From a virus: a DNA stretch of 64,000 bases. The notes beneath the pieces are model-generated. The model had not been told where the DNA came from and did not search any database. It worked only from the letters and a program-made list of their open reading frames with translations. Below are positions 44,208 through 53,988 of the stretch, in pieces. The DNA lies in the IMG/VR virus record IMGVR_UViG_3300035670_008749, positions 13,633 through 77,632 of that record; one strand, written 5' to 3'. The translations under genes and the position numbers were made by a program. The stretch's first letter is position 1, and every line of letters starts with the position of its first letter.

Positions 44208-46787
44208 ATGGCAAATTTTTTATCGGATCTTAAAAGCGGCCCTTTGGGAAGTAAGCTAATTCCTGACGGGGATGCTCTCAAAAGAAAAGTAGACGGACAA
44301 AGAGAAACTTTCTTAAAGGGAGTATCAACTACTAAGCACGGTAAAAAAGAAGACCCCACTTATTTACATTTTAGATTTATCTTTGATTTCGGAGAAACAT
44401 CTATAATGGACCCCGAAACTTTTCTTGCGCCATCTCCATTATTTAGACCAACTGAACGCACAGCTAATCAGGACGAAATAAACAGTTTTGCAAGAGCTAA
44501 TGGAGTTGCAGAACAGGACATACCTAATTATATTAGAGCCCTAACAGAAAACGAAGCAAAATCTGGGAATGGAAATTTTTATAGTGACACTGATTTTTTC
44601 TACGGAAGTAAATTTAAAGTAAACTCTAGAGCACAGCAGGGAGCCTTTAATATAAATGGTGGGGGTGTAGGATATATGGGTGCTCAGAGATTTCTTGCAC
44701 AGAGATCGGTCAAAAGACAGCAAATGCTTGAAGCCTTTAAAAAGGGTTTAAGATTCATAAACGAAAAATGTCCTTATTACTTCCAATCAATTAGCGGATT
44801 GGACCAGTTATTAAAGGTTGATATAAAAAATTTACATAAACCTGCAGGTAAGCCACAAAGAATGGGAACGTTAACAATAGATTGTTTAGAATCTATTGAT
44901 ATGAGGATATTTTCTCTATCTGAACTTTACAGAAAAGCAATATATGACTACACATATCATCGTGTAATGTTACCAGAGAATCTTAGAAAGTTTAGAATGT
45001 GGCTAGTTGTTTCTGAGATTAGAAACATCCAAATGAGCTACGGAATAAACGATATTCTGAATCCTTTTTCTATTCCTTCGGTTGCACAAGCAGCAAATTT
45101 CGTAGACAGCTTTAATAGTCAAACCGGATTTTTAGACAATACCGGAGGACTACTACAAAAATCTACAAACGCTTTAGGTATAACCCAAGAACAGCCAGAG
45201 GACAAGTTTGGATCATACACTTTAGGACCATATGCTTTCATTTATCAATTTGATCAATGTGAATTTGATTTTGATGATTCGTATCCATCTTTCAGTTCAA
45301 TAGATAATAAAGGAGGATCTGCTGTTACTAATAAATTTAAGATACACGTAGGAAGAGTTAAGGATTACAAAATACAATTTAATGCTCTGTCTGACGTTAT
45401 AAAGAAAGAAGACAACATAAAATCCATGGTTCTTTCCGATGTATGGGGATCTAAAACAAGTGGATATACCAACTACGACTATACAGGAACTGAGGGATTA
45501 AATCCAGTTACTTTTGATGATAAAGCTAATCCTGCTGAATACTTTGCTAGCTTAGCTGCTAATTTTATAACTAACAGTGTGGCTGATCTAAAAGACCAAG
45601 GTGTACAATTATTACAGGGAGCTTTATTGGGTAACATTTATGGGTTGGGTGGTATTAACGTTGGTGCTGCAACGAGGAATGTTCAATCCCTAGTTAATAC
45701 GTTAAAAGAAGGAATACCAAACCCTTTTGCTGATAACACACCACAGGCACAGGGTCTAGGTGGACCGGATCAGAGACAATATCCAACTATTAATGAAGAT
45801 GCTTATCTTGGAGTTCCTAACCCTAATCAACAAAATCTAGGAACTGCATATAATAACCAAACGGGAACACCTGGAACTGCTAGCGGAGATGTGTATTCTA
45901 ACAATCCGGGTTCAGATTTAGGATTACCTGATAGACAATATCCCGTTCCTGGTGGTGATGAATATAAGAACGTACCTGGTTCAGATTCAGGCGTACCTGG
46001 AAGAGTATATCCTACGATAGAACAAGATATCTACACTACTAATCCTGGAGCAGATGCGGGATTGCCGGATAGACAATATCCAACATCACAAAGTGATGAG
46101 TATAATGATGTACCAGGAAATAGCTTAGGTGTACCTGGTAGGATTTATCCAGAGCCAAACGACGATGCTTACGAGAACAACCCTGGATCCGATTTAGGTC
46201 TTCCGGAGCGCCAATATCCTCAAGTAAATGACGACGCTTATTCTGATCCTTCTGTGGTGGATACTAGCAACATTGGAAGTGTTTACCCAGATCCTAATAA
46301 CACTTATGGGAATTTAAGCGACAAGGAATATGATGAACCACAAAAAGTTGTTCCTGAAAATATAGGCGATGTATATCCGGAAACAGTTAACAGCTATGGT
46401 AATTTGAATGATAAAGAATATGCGGAGCCTAGATCTTCTTCTACTGAAAATATAGGGGATGTTTACGAGAGTACAGAGAATAAATACCCGGGATTGAACG
46501 AGAAGGTTTATGTAAATTCAGCTCCGAGAGAGGAAAACTTAGGGGAAGTATATAAGGATACTAAAAATGAATATCCTAGTGTTAATGATGCTTCATATGA
46601 TCTTCCATCTAATGTCAATAACATATTAAATGATGATGTTTATAAAAGTGTACCTGGGAGCGATTTAGGAACTCCTGGAAGAAATTACGAATCTATAAAC
46701 GAATCTCTATATAGGAGATCAAATGGACCTATCAATATATCTAATATAGGAAGAGTATATCCTACTACAGGAAATGAAAACAATTAG
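44208..46787 (+). CDS. Baseplate/tail structural protein with repetitive disordered C-terminus
   Basis: EDPTYL, PYYFQSISGLD, CLESIDMRI N-terminal domain; 23 aa and 30 aa repeats after it. Confidence 0.6.
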   Translation: MANFLSDLKSGPLGSKLIPDGDALKRKVDGQRETFLKGVSTTKHGKKEDPTYLHFRFIFDFGETSIMDPETFLAPSPLFRPTERTANQDEINSFARANGVAEQDIPNYIRALTENEAKSGNGNFYSDTDFFYGSKFKVNSRAQQGAFNINGGGVGYMGAQRFLAQRSVKRQQMLEAFKKGLRFINEKCPYYFQSISGLDQLLKVDIKNLHKPAGKPQRMGTLTIDCLESIDMRIFSLSELYRKAIYDYTYHRVMLPENLRKFRMWLVVSEIRNIQMSYGINDILNPFSIPSVAQAANFVDSFNSQTGFLDNTGGLLQKSTNALGITQEQPEDKFGSYTLGPYAFIYQFDQCEFDFDDSYPSFSSIDNKGGSAVTNKFKIHVGRVKDYKIQFNALSDVIKKEDNIKSMVLSDVWGSKTSGYTNYDYTGTEGLNPVTFDDKANPAEYFASLAANFITNSVADLKDQGVQLLQGALLGNIYGLGGINVGAATRNVQSLVNTLKEGIPNPFADNTPQAQGLGGPDQRQYPTINEDAYLGVPNPNQQNLGTAYNNQTGTPGTASGDVYSNNPGSDLGLPDRQYPVPGGDEYKNVPGSDSGVPGRVYPTIEQDIYTTNPGADAGLPDRQYPTSQSDEYNDVPGNSLGVPGRIYPEPNDDAYENNPGSDLGLPERQYPQVNDDAYSDPSVVDTSNIGSVYPDPNNTYGNLSDKEYDEPQKVVPENIGDVYPETVNSYGNLNDKEYAEPRSSSTENIGDVYESTENKYPGLNEKVYVNSAPREENLGEVYKDTKNEYPSVNDASYDLPSNVNNILNDDVYKSVPGSDLGTPGRNYESINESLYRRSNGPINISNIGRVYPTTGNENN
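45745..46770 (+). repeat. Coding repeats: alternating 23 aa units, then about 30 aa units
   Basis: DxYxxNPGSDLGLPDRQYP alternates with DEYxxVPGxxxGVPGRxYP; then four NIGxVY units. Confidence 0.85.
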
Positions 46788-46809
46788 TAATATTTAGGTA
46801 TAATTAAAA

Positions 46810-47715
46810 ATGGGATTAGTAGACAGAAATAAACTAGAGAAACCTAATACGGAGATATCACATTATCTTGGTGTAGTTGTGGATAATAAAGATCCAGAAT
46901 TTAAAGGAAGGGCTAAAGTTCGTGTATTTGGTATTTTTGATGAGCTAGCTGATGCTGATCTTCCTTGGTCACATCAGAGATTTGAACAAAGCTACGGTTT
47001 GGGCGGGGGATCTGGAAGAATATCAGTGCCTAAATTAGGATCTGTAGTTCATGTTCAATTTAACAACGGAAACTATTACAGTCCGGAATATAAAGCAGTA
47101 CAGGAACTATCTCCTGATTTAATAGATGAAATTAGAGCTAGTTACGACGGAGCGCATTCTTTAATCTATGATGGTATAGAAAGATTGAAGATGTATTATA
47201 CTGTAGAGAAAGGATTAGTAATAGATTTAAAGGAGTCTAAGATAATAATAAGAAACGATAATTCCATACTAATCACACATGCTGATGACACTGCATCGAT
47301 TGAACTTAAAGGTGGTAAGATAACTAAGTATGCTGACCAAGAAATAGAAAACACTGCGGTAACTAGAATTAAGCACAGCTCCGAAGAGGTTTGGATGGAT
47401 GGAAAAACTACCAATCTAGGTCACTCACCTTTATTCTCAGCAGTTTGTGCGGAACCTTTATGGGATTTCTTAAAAAAATTAGCTATATCAGTCGATAGTA
47501 AAATGCCAGCTACACCAGGGGTTAATTCAACTTTAGCATCTAGCTTCGAACAATTAGCAACAAGTCAGACCGTGAGGGTTACTAGAGAAAATGCTCCAGA
47601 CTTTCCGACCGTACCTGCTGATGCTAACTCTCCTGTTGGTATACCTAATACAGGAACATCAGGAACATCAGGCACCAGTGGAACATCAGGAACTAGCGGA
47701 ATAACTGGAGTATGA
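46810..47715 (+). CDS. Baseplate central spike, gp5 N-terminal OB domain
   Basis: YLGVVVDNKDPEFKGRAKVRVFG, LPW, VPKLGSVVHVQF; no lysozyme domain; (GTS)n tail. Confidence 0.88.
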   Translation: MGLVDRNKLEKPNTEISHYLGVVVDNKDPEFKGRAKVRVFGIFDELADADLPWSHQRFEQSYGLGGGSGRISVPKLGSVVHVQFNNGNYYSPEYKAVQELSPDLIDEIRASYDGAHSLIYDGIERLKMYYTVEKGLVIDLKESKIIIRNDNSILITHADDTASIELKGGKITKYADQEIENTAVTRIKHSSEEVWMDGKTTNLGHSPLFSAVCAEPLWDFLKKLAISVDSKMPATPGVNSTLASSFEQLATSQTVRVTRENAPDFPTVPADANSPVGIPNTGTSGTSGTSGTSGTSGITGV

Positions 47716-47716
47716 T

Positions 47717-50700
47717 ATGGCAGGAAGTATAGAATCTAGAATAGATGATTTATTAGGCAAGGATTTTTCCGAGATGTCTACCGAGGAGATATTAAATATA
47801 ATATCCGGTGGAAGTGATTTTAATATTCCCTATGAAGATCTACAATCTAAAGAAGGATTCGAAAAAGAGTTAGATAAAAGCCAAAAAGAAGTTAACTCTA
47901 TTATAGAAAGTTTAAATCCGCAAAAGCCGCCTATTCCTATAAAAGATATAGAAGATCTTTCTTGTAATTATGAAGGCGATGATTTATATAGCAGGATAAT
48001 TTTAGAAACGCTCAAAAGGGAAGATATTAAGCTGTATAATGAACTTTTGGAGTCTGATGAATACAAAGGTAATCTACCTGTTTCGGAAAGAGATCTAGGG
48101 GTAAAAATAGCGGGTAATAGGGATCTTGGATTTTCTAAAAAGATACCTTCAGAAGGAATTACAAAATATCTTAGAAGCAAAAATCCTGAATTTTTAGAAA
48201 AAACAAACGAAAAAATATTTGATAATCTGGATCCTTTGTTATTGGGTAAACCTTCTAATTCTGGATCTAGAAAGAAAAGAAAAATGAATGTATTGGGATT
48301 TGAAATTCCTTTACAATTTATAATGAACGGAACTCAAATAGTTCACGTTAAAATTGGTGATGGGGAAATAAACTTAGACGGTGCCCTAGAAAAAATAAAC
48401 AGCATTCTAAAAACACAGAATAGCAATACTAATCCCTGTGATTTCAAAGACGTCGACGAAAATACATCCTCTGAAAGAATAGATGCTTTTGATGCTAACT
48501 TTTATCCCGACGGAGACGACCCAATAATAGATGATGACTGTTTACCAGGTATACCGGAAGATCCTATAACTGGCGATCCTATTCTAACAAAATCTAGTTT
48601 TGATGAAACATTGGAAGATTTTTGTGATCCTCCGGTCTACGAATTTAAAAGAGAGGAAGTTAATGATCCCGAACCTCCTAGCGTGGATGTTGATGCTATA
48701 GATGCCTGTGTTTCTTCAGCTTTGGATGCAGGTAAAAAATTAGAAGAGGACGTAAAACTTTTAGCTAGATGGCAAATGATAGAGAGAAATCTAGAGGAGA
48801 TACTTTATCACTATGAAGCTATATACGAATATCAAAAATCATTGTATGATAATTGGCTTTCAAGAGTACCAAAAAACGAGGGAGGAGATCCCACCGATCT
48901 TCAAATTGGAATTTCTATATTGACCTATAGGGATCAGATTTCTATATACCAGAAAGAGTTAATAGATCAGATACAGAAATACAACAACGATAAGACTATA
49001 TTTCTTGAGAATAATAACATATTCACTGAAGAGCTATTTCTTTTAGATGTTTATGCTACTGAACTAAGTGATAGTGATACTGAACAGCTTTTTAATGATC
49101 AAATAAATGCCGGATTATCTCCTGTTACATATAATGATTCCACGCAATCTTGGCCTGTTACCGAAGCGGTTCTTAGATTTAAAGAAAACGTAGAGGACAT
49201 AAGATCTATCATGATAGAAGGCAACTTTATATCTGTTATAGAAAATAAAATACAAGAAACACAGGATCTACTAGAAGCGGCGACATCAACACTAGCACAA
49301 AGAAAAGATGCTCCTGTTTCAGTAGAAGATGTAGAGAAATCTTTTCTTCCTTCGAATACTGCTACCTCAGATGTTTATGGACAGGGGAATTCTGCTCTAA
49401 ACATAAACGAGAGAGTTTTTAAAAGTCCTTTACAACTAAGTTTAACAACCGAGTCATATGCTTATGATTCTTATGGATATGATTTCTTAGAAGCACTAAA
49501 AGAATTTTCAGTAAGATACAAAACAAACTTTGTTAAATCTAGAGGGGAATTGCAATTTGAGTTATCATTTGTTAGCGACTATGGATTTCCTTTACCATAC
49601 AAAAAAACAAAAAAACCTGCTAAGATAAGTTTTAAGGGTGCTTCCTCTGAGCCTCTATCTGAAGTAACTGAACCAGACGAAGAAAAAATAAAAATAGGAA
49701 ATGAACACGCAGAAAACGGTGGTTTACTTAGTAATTATTCCCCCGAGTATCTAAAGTCTTATCAGTTCTTAAAAATTAACAATATAAGAACCGGATTTCC
49801 CGATGTAGCTAAATTCTATGATTTTATAGAAAAGATAATAAAAAAGAATGACTCTAAGGAAAGCATAATTGAAAAAATAGTTGAAGAACGTGGAATACTA
49901 TATGGAAATCTCATAGAGAAGTCGTCTTCTAATTGGTTATTTTTTACTGCGGAAGAAAGAGGAGATAATGATGCTAGGGATCCTTCTAAAACAAGGCCAG
50001 CTGGTTTTACCTCAGAAGGAGAGCCCACACCGGTATTTACAGATTTCTATAGTAATTTTAAAACTAAATGGAATGCTAAATATCTAGAGAATAAAAATCT
50101 GTACGTAAATCCTGCTTTACAAAATCTTAGAACGCAAGCTATTAAAGCTGGAGAGGGATTAGCAAAGACATTACCCGCTTCCGATGTTATAGGTATTAGA
50201 ATTTTAGAAAACTATTTAGATGTAAAAAAGAAATATGAGCAGATAAAGGAAATTATGCTTCTTTCTGCACAGAAAATAAGTGAGATAAACGAGACGATTA
50301 GTCCAGAGAATGTAGGTAAAAGATTTTCTGATATAAAATGTGCAGGAGCTAACACACCCCCTGCGGATGATGATAAAGAGAACTGTCCTCCAGTTTGTTG
50401 TGGAGAGCCTGGATCCGATTTCAAAACTGACAACTATTTGCTTTCGTCCCCACCAAGTTCAGATTGTCCGACAATGTTCCAGAGATGTTGGTGGAAACAG
50501 TTCTGTAAAGATGTTACTAAAGTTGGTATACTTCCTTACCCTAACGGGCTTCCTCCGATAGAGGATCCTAAGTATTTTCTAGCACAAGGTCCCACTATTA
50601 GGTTAGGATTTAAATATTGGCCGGTTGGGTACTTACCTCCTGCGTTTCTTCCTATTCCTATTCCTAATCCAATAGACGGTAATCCATACATTAGGATTCC

Positions 50701-52819
50701 ATTACCTATGATTTGGACTATAGTTCCTCCAATACTTATACCTCTTCCTTTTAATTTAGGGATACTTGTAATTTTTATACCTTTCATCGGAGGATTTATG
50801 CCCACCCCTCTAGTTTATATCAAGGAGTTTATAACAGGTAGTTCGCTTTTCCTGACTGGTATCAGGGGACCTAGATTTATACCAAGAAAATCTGATCCCG
50901 AAATAAAAGATCCATTGGAGAAAATAAAACAGGCATTATCTTTCGGAGTACCTGATAAATTGATTCCTCTGCCTGGATTTGGACTTGATAATTTAGATTC
51001 TTCGGTTAGGGTTTTAGCAGATATAAAATCTAACATTACTAAAATATTCGATAGTGTTCCTCCTCCAGGTAACGTTCAAAAAATACGGGACCTACAAGAA
51101 AAAGAAAGAGCGCTAAAAACAAGGCTAAGAGAAAAAGAGAGAGAATATAAAAATAAATCCGCTCTTATAGATTTACCTGCCCCTGATATTTCTGCGGAGA
51201 CTGAGGAACTAAAAGCAATAATAAGACAAAGAAAAGACGCCCTAAAAACAGTAATAACTGACTATCTAAACACAAGCATACCCGATCCTAAATCGATATA
51301 TTTTCCCAAGGATAAAGACAAGCTAAAGATAGACATTCCTGGTATAATAAAGTCACTTAGAATATTAAAGGAAATGAGAGCCAGCTTAGTTCCTGTTGAT
51401 TGCCCGGATTACATAAACTTTAAGGATGAGATGAGGGAGGTGCTAAAACTAATGAGAATAGTTTGTCCTCCTGAGTACATAATACAAAATTTTGAAGTTG
51501 CTAATTCTAGTAAGATATTCATGAGAAAGGATAAGGATCCTAGAATTATGTCCGATGAAGAGTTTAGTAATTTAGTAAAAGAAATAAGAGGAGCATCATT
51601 ATTAATAACTAGTGTTATTCTTTGGGGTAATAAATTCTCAGTAATTAAAAAGGTAAGAGAAGGAGCTTTCTCTGCAGTCGAAAGCGGGGAGTTTGAAGGA
51701 GTATTTAAATTTCCAGAAATTAAGATAACTAACTCTGCCCCAGGAGCTCTTAAATTTTTAAGAAAGAAAAATCCTATTATAGAGGCTATGAAGATAAGAA
51801 TAATGGATGGCTTATCTAAAATAGATTACACCACGGAAGATTTTTCTAGGTATGTTAGATATGAGGGAGAAGATCCTATTTTAATAATCAGAGTAAAAGA
51901 TCTTAAAAAATTAGTTTCTAAAAAATTAGGACTAAGCAGAATAGGACCTTTCGATCCGGTCAGACCTTTAGACGAGGAAGAACCTCTTATATCAAGATTT
52001 CCTTATCCTAAAGGACCTTTATCTTGTCTTGGGTCACTTAATGGAGGATTTGGTAATGCTGTGGCTGCTTTTGAACTTCCTACTGTATTTCCTCCCAAGC
52101 AAGATCAATTAACCCAAATACCTGGACTTGGCGGGACTATACAGATTACTATTCCAGGATCTAAGATAAAATCTTTTCTTATTGAAGGTCTTACAAAAGC
52201 ATTGGATGCTGGAGCATTAGAGAAACTATTACCAGAAATAAACGATGTTAATTCGCCTAAATTTTTAAATCTTGAACCTAGCGACATACAGAAGTTAAGT
52301 AAGAATCTAGTTACAAATCTGATAAATCCAGATTCCCCTGACGTTCCCCCTTTTTTAAATGTATTAAAGGTTCCTATTTTTCCCCCTGCTAGACCAACAG
52401 ATATGATCGAGCAGGCTTTAATAGGATTAGGTGCACCTCCTCCAGCTAGAATAGTTTACAGCTTATTTTGGGCTTATTTTAAAAGTCTTCCTAAAACGCC
52501 ATTATCCGATAAAATAGTTTTACCAGTTGTTACTGCTTCGTCCGAGTTAATTTCTAAAATTCCTTGGCCTCTTGCAGTACTTATTGGTAGGAATGTTTTA
52601 AACATAATAAATCCAATAGCAATGAGCGACGACCATCCAGTTTGGAGAAGAATGAGTCTTAAGAATACATACTATGTTATTTATATAGACGAATTTTTAA
52701 GAAGCGCAGCGGATGTATCTGGATTATTTAAATTTTTCTTTGGGGCTGCAGATCCAGTATATCCTGTTCCAGAACTCCCAGAAGAACTCAACAAAGTCTT
52801 TAATCAAAAAAAATATTAA
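47717..52819 (+). CDS. 1700 aa hypothetical structural protein
   Basis: Starts 1 nt after the gp5-like gene; acidic/Cys and Pro-rich hydrophobic segments. Confidence 0.6.
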   Translation: MAGSIESRIDDLLGKDFSEMSTEEILNIISGGSDFNIPYEDLQSKEGFEKELDKSQKEVNSIIESLNPQKPPIPIKDIEDLSCNYEGDDLYSRIILETLKREDIKLYNELLESDEYKGNLPVSERDLGVKIAGNRDLGFSKKIPSEGITKYLRSKNPEFLEKTNEKIFDNLDPLLLGKPSNSGSRKKRKMNVLGFEIPLQFIMNGTQIVHVKIGDGEINLDGALEKINSILKTQNSNTNPCDFKDVDENTSSERIDAFDANFYPDGDDPIIDDDCLPGIPEDPITGDPILTKSSFDETLEDFCDPPVYEFKREEVNDPEPPSVDVDAIDACVSSALDAGKKLEEDVKLLARWQMIERNLEEILYHYEAIYEYQKSLYDNWLSRVPKNEGGDPTDLQIGISILTYRDQISIYQKELIDQIQKYNNDKTIFLENNNIFTEELFLLDVYATELSDSDTEQLFNDQINAGLSPVTYNDSTQSWPVTEAVLRFKENVEDIRSIMIEGNFISVIENKIQETQDLLEAATSTLAQRKDAPVSVEDVEKSFLPSNTATSDVYGQGNSALNINERVFKSPLQLSLTTESYAYDSYGYDFLEALKEFSVRYKTNFVKSRGELQFELSFVSDYGFPLPYKKTKKPAKISFKGASSEPLSEVTEPDEEKIKIGNEHAENGGLLSNYSPEYLKSYQFLKINNIRTGFPDVAKFYDFIEKIIKKNDSKESIIEKIVEERGILYGNLIEKSSSNWLFFTAEERGDNDARDPSKTRPAGFTSEGEPTPVFTDFYSNFKTKWNAKYLENKNLYVNPALQNLRTQAIKAGEGLAKTLPASDVIGIRILENYLDVKKKYEQIKEIMLLSAQKISEINETISPENVGKRFSDIKCAGANTPPADDDKENCPPVCCGEPGSDFKTDNYLLSSPPSSDCPTMFQRCWWKQFCKDVTKVGILPYPNGLPPIEDPKYFLAQGPTIRLGFKYWPVGYLPPAFLPIPIPNPIDGNPYIRIPLPMIWTIVPPILIPLPFNLGILVIFIPFIGGFMPTPLVYIKEFITGSSLFLTGIRGPRFIPRKSDPEIKDPLEKIKQALSFGVPDKLIPLPGFGLDNLDSSVRVLADIKSNITKIFDSVPPPGNVQKIRDLQEKERALKTRLREKEREYKNKSALIDLPAPDISAETEELKAIIRQRKDALKTVITDYLNTSIPDPKSIYFPKDKDKLKIDIPGIIKSLRILKEMRASLVPVDCPDYINFKDEMREVLKLMRIVCPPEYIIQNFEVANSSKIFMRKDKDPRIMSDEEFSNLVKEIRGASLLITSVILWGNKFSVIKKVREGAFSAVESGEFEGVFKFPEIKITNSAPGALKFLRKKNPIIEAMKIRIMDGLSKIDYTTEDFSRYVRYEGEDPILIIRVKDLKKLVSKKLGLSRIGPFDPVRPLDEEEPLISRFPYPKGPLSCLGSLNGGFGNAVAAFELPTVFPPKQDQLTQIPGLGGTIQITIPGSKIKSFLIEGLTKALDAGALEKLLPEINDVNSPKFLNLEPSDIQKLSKNLVTNLINPDSPDVPPFLNVLKVPIFPPARPTDMIEQALIGLGAPPPARIVYSLFWAYFKSLPKTPLSDKIVLPVVTASSELISKIPWPLAVLIGRNVLNIINPIAMSDDHPVWRRMSLKNTYYVIYIDEFLRSAADVSGLFKFFFGAADPVYPVPELPEELNKVFNQKKY

Positions 52820-52826
52820 CTTCTTA

Positions 52827-52855
52827 GAAATTTTAATGCAATTTTAAACTACAAA
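52827..52855 (+). promoter_or_regulatory. Bipartite promoter GAAATT-N17-TACAAA
   Basis: Intergenic, before the S1-like gene. Confidence 0.55.
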
Positions 52856-52875
52856 CAATGATAAACCCAAATAAC

Positions 52876-53985
52876 ATGAAAAACAAAAATTTTAGTTCCT
52901 TTGATTATGACACAGCCGAAAGAGAAAGATTGGAAGCTATGTATAACGGAACCTTTCCGGAGGAAAATAAAAGAATAACAGGAAAGGACATACAGAACAA
53001 TTCTTCTGAGCAGATAACTATAACATCTGTTGATAACGAAAGGGGTGTTGCCTTAGGAGAAACCCTCTTTGGACAGACCATTATAATCGATACCAAGAAG
53101 GAAGAAAAAAATATGAGAAAGCTAGGATATCCCGCGATGGAGATAAATCCCGGACAGTCTCTAGACGTTGTAATACACAAAGATTCATCCGGAGCATTTA
53201 ACGGATCTGTTTCTGCTGGATACGAAAAAGCACTTAAAAGAGAATTACACAGATCTATCAAAGAAGAAGATTGTGCATTCAAAGTTAGAGTTAAAAATGT
53301 TTGTAACGGTGGATTCATGGTTGATCTATCGGGAATAGAGTGTTTCCTTCCTGGGAGTCTTGCTGCAGCAAACAGAATTATGAATTTTGCTGACTATGTA
53401 GGTAAAGAGCTCACTGTAATGGTTGAGATATACGATCAGAAAAGGGATATCTTTGTTGTATCGTTCAAAAAATATCTTAGAAAAATTATAGATAAAGAGG
53501 TACAGAATCTTTCATTCTCTACTAAATATCAAGGAGTTGTTACTGGACTATCCAACAATGGAGTATTTGTTGAATGGAGCGAGATCTACACTGGTATAAT
53601 TCCAATTGATGATTCTAACAGGGAGCATCTAGAAAAATATCAATCTGGGGACACAATAGAATTCTATGTGATTGACATTAAAAATCCACAAAGAATAAAT
53701 TTATCTGCCACACAACCAAACGAGAAAATGAAGAATATCCAAGAAATAAAGGATACTTCGTCCGAAGTTTTAGGGGAAAATACCGATTTGAAAATATATA
53801 AAGGAGAGGTTACTAAAATTAAAACTTTCGGGGTTTTTGTAAAAATGGAAAACGGATTAACCGGTCTTATCGAAAAGGAGAAATTAGTAAGCTCTATTAA
53901 AGAATACGAGGTTGGGCAATCGGTTGATTTCTCGATCTTAAGTGTAGATAGTTCTACTCTTAAAATACAATTAATTGAGAAATAA
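52876..53985 (+). CDS. Ribosomal protein S1-like multi-S1-domain protein
   Basis: GGFMVDLSGIECFLPGS, YQGVVTGLSNNGVFV, YKGEVTKIKTFGVFVKMENGLTGLI. Start 52876 or 52858. Confidence 0.85.
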   Translation: MKNKNFSSFDYDTAERERLEAMYNGTFPEENKRITGKDIQNNSSEQITITSVDNERGVALGETLFGQTIIIDTKKEEKNMRKLGYPAMEINPGQSLDVVIHKDSSGAFNGSVSAGYEKALKRELHRSIKEEDCAFKVRVKNVCNGGFMVDLSGIECFLPGSLAAANRIMNFADYVGKELTVMVEIYDQKRDIFVVSFKKYLRKIIDKEVQNLSFSTKYQGVVTGLSNNGVFVEWSEIYTGIIPIDDSNREHLEKYQSGDTIEFYVIDIKNPQRINLSATQPNEKMKNIQEIKDTSSEVLGENTDLKIYKGEVTKIKTFGVFVKMENGLTGLIEKEKLVSSIKEYEVGQSVDFSILSVDSSTLKIQLIEK

Positions 53986-53988
53986 AAG

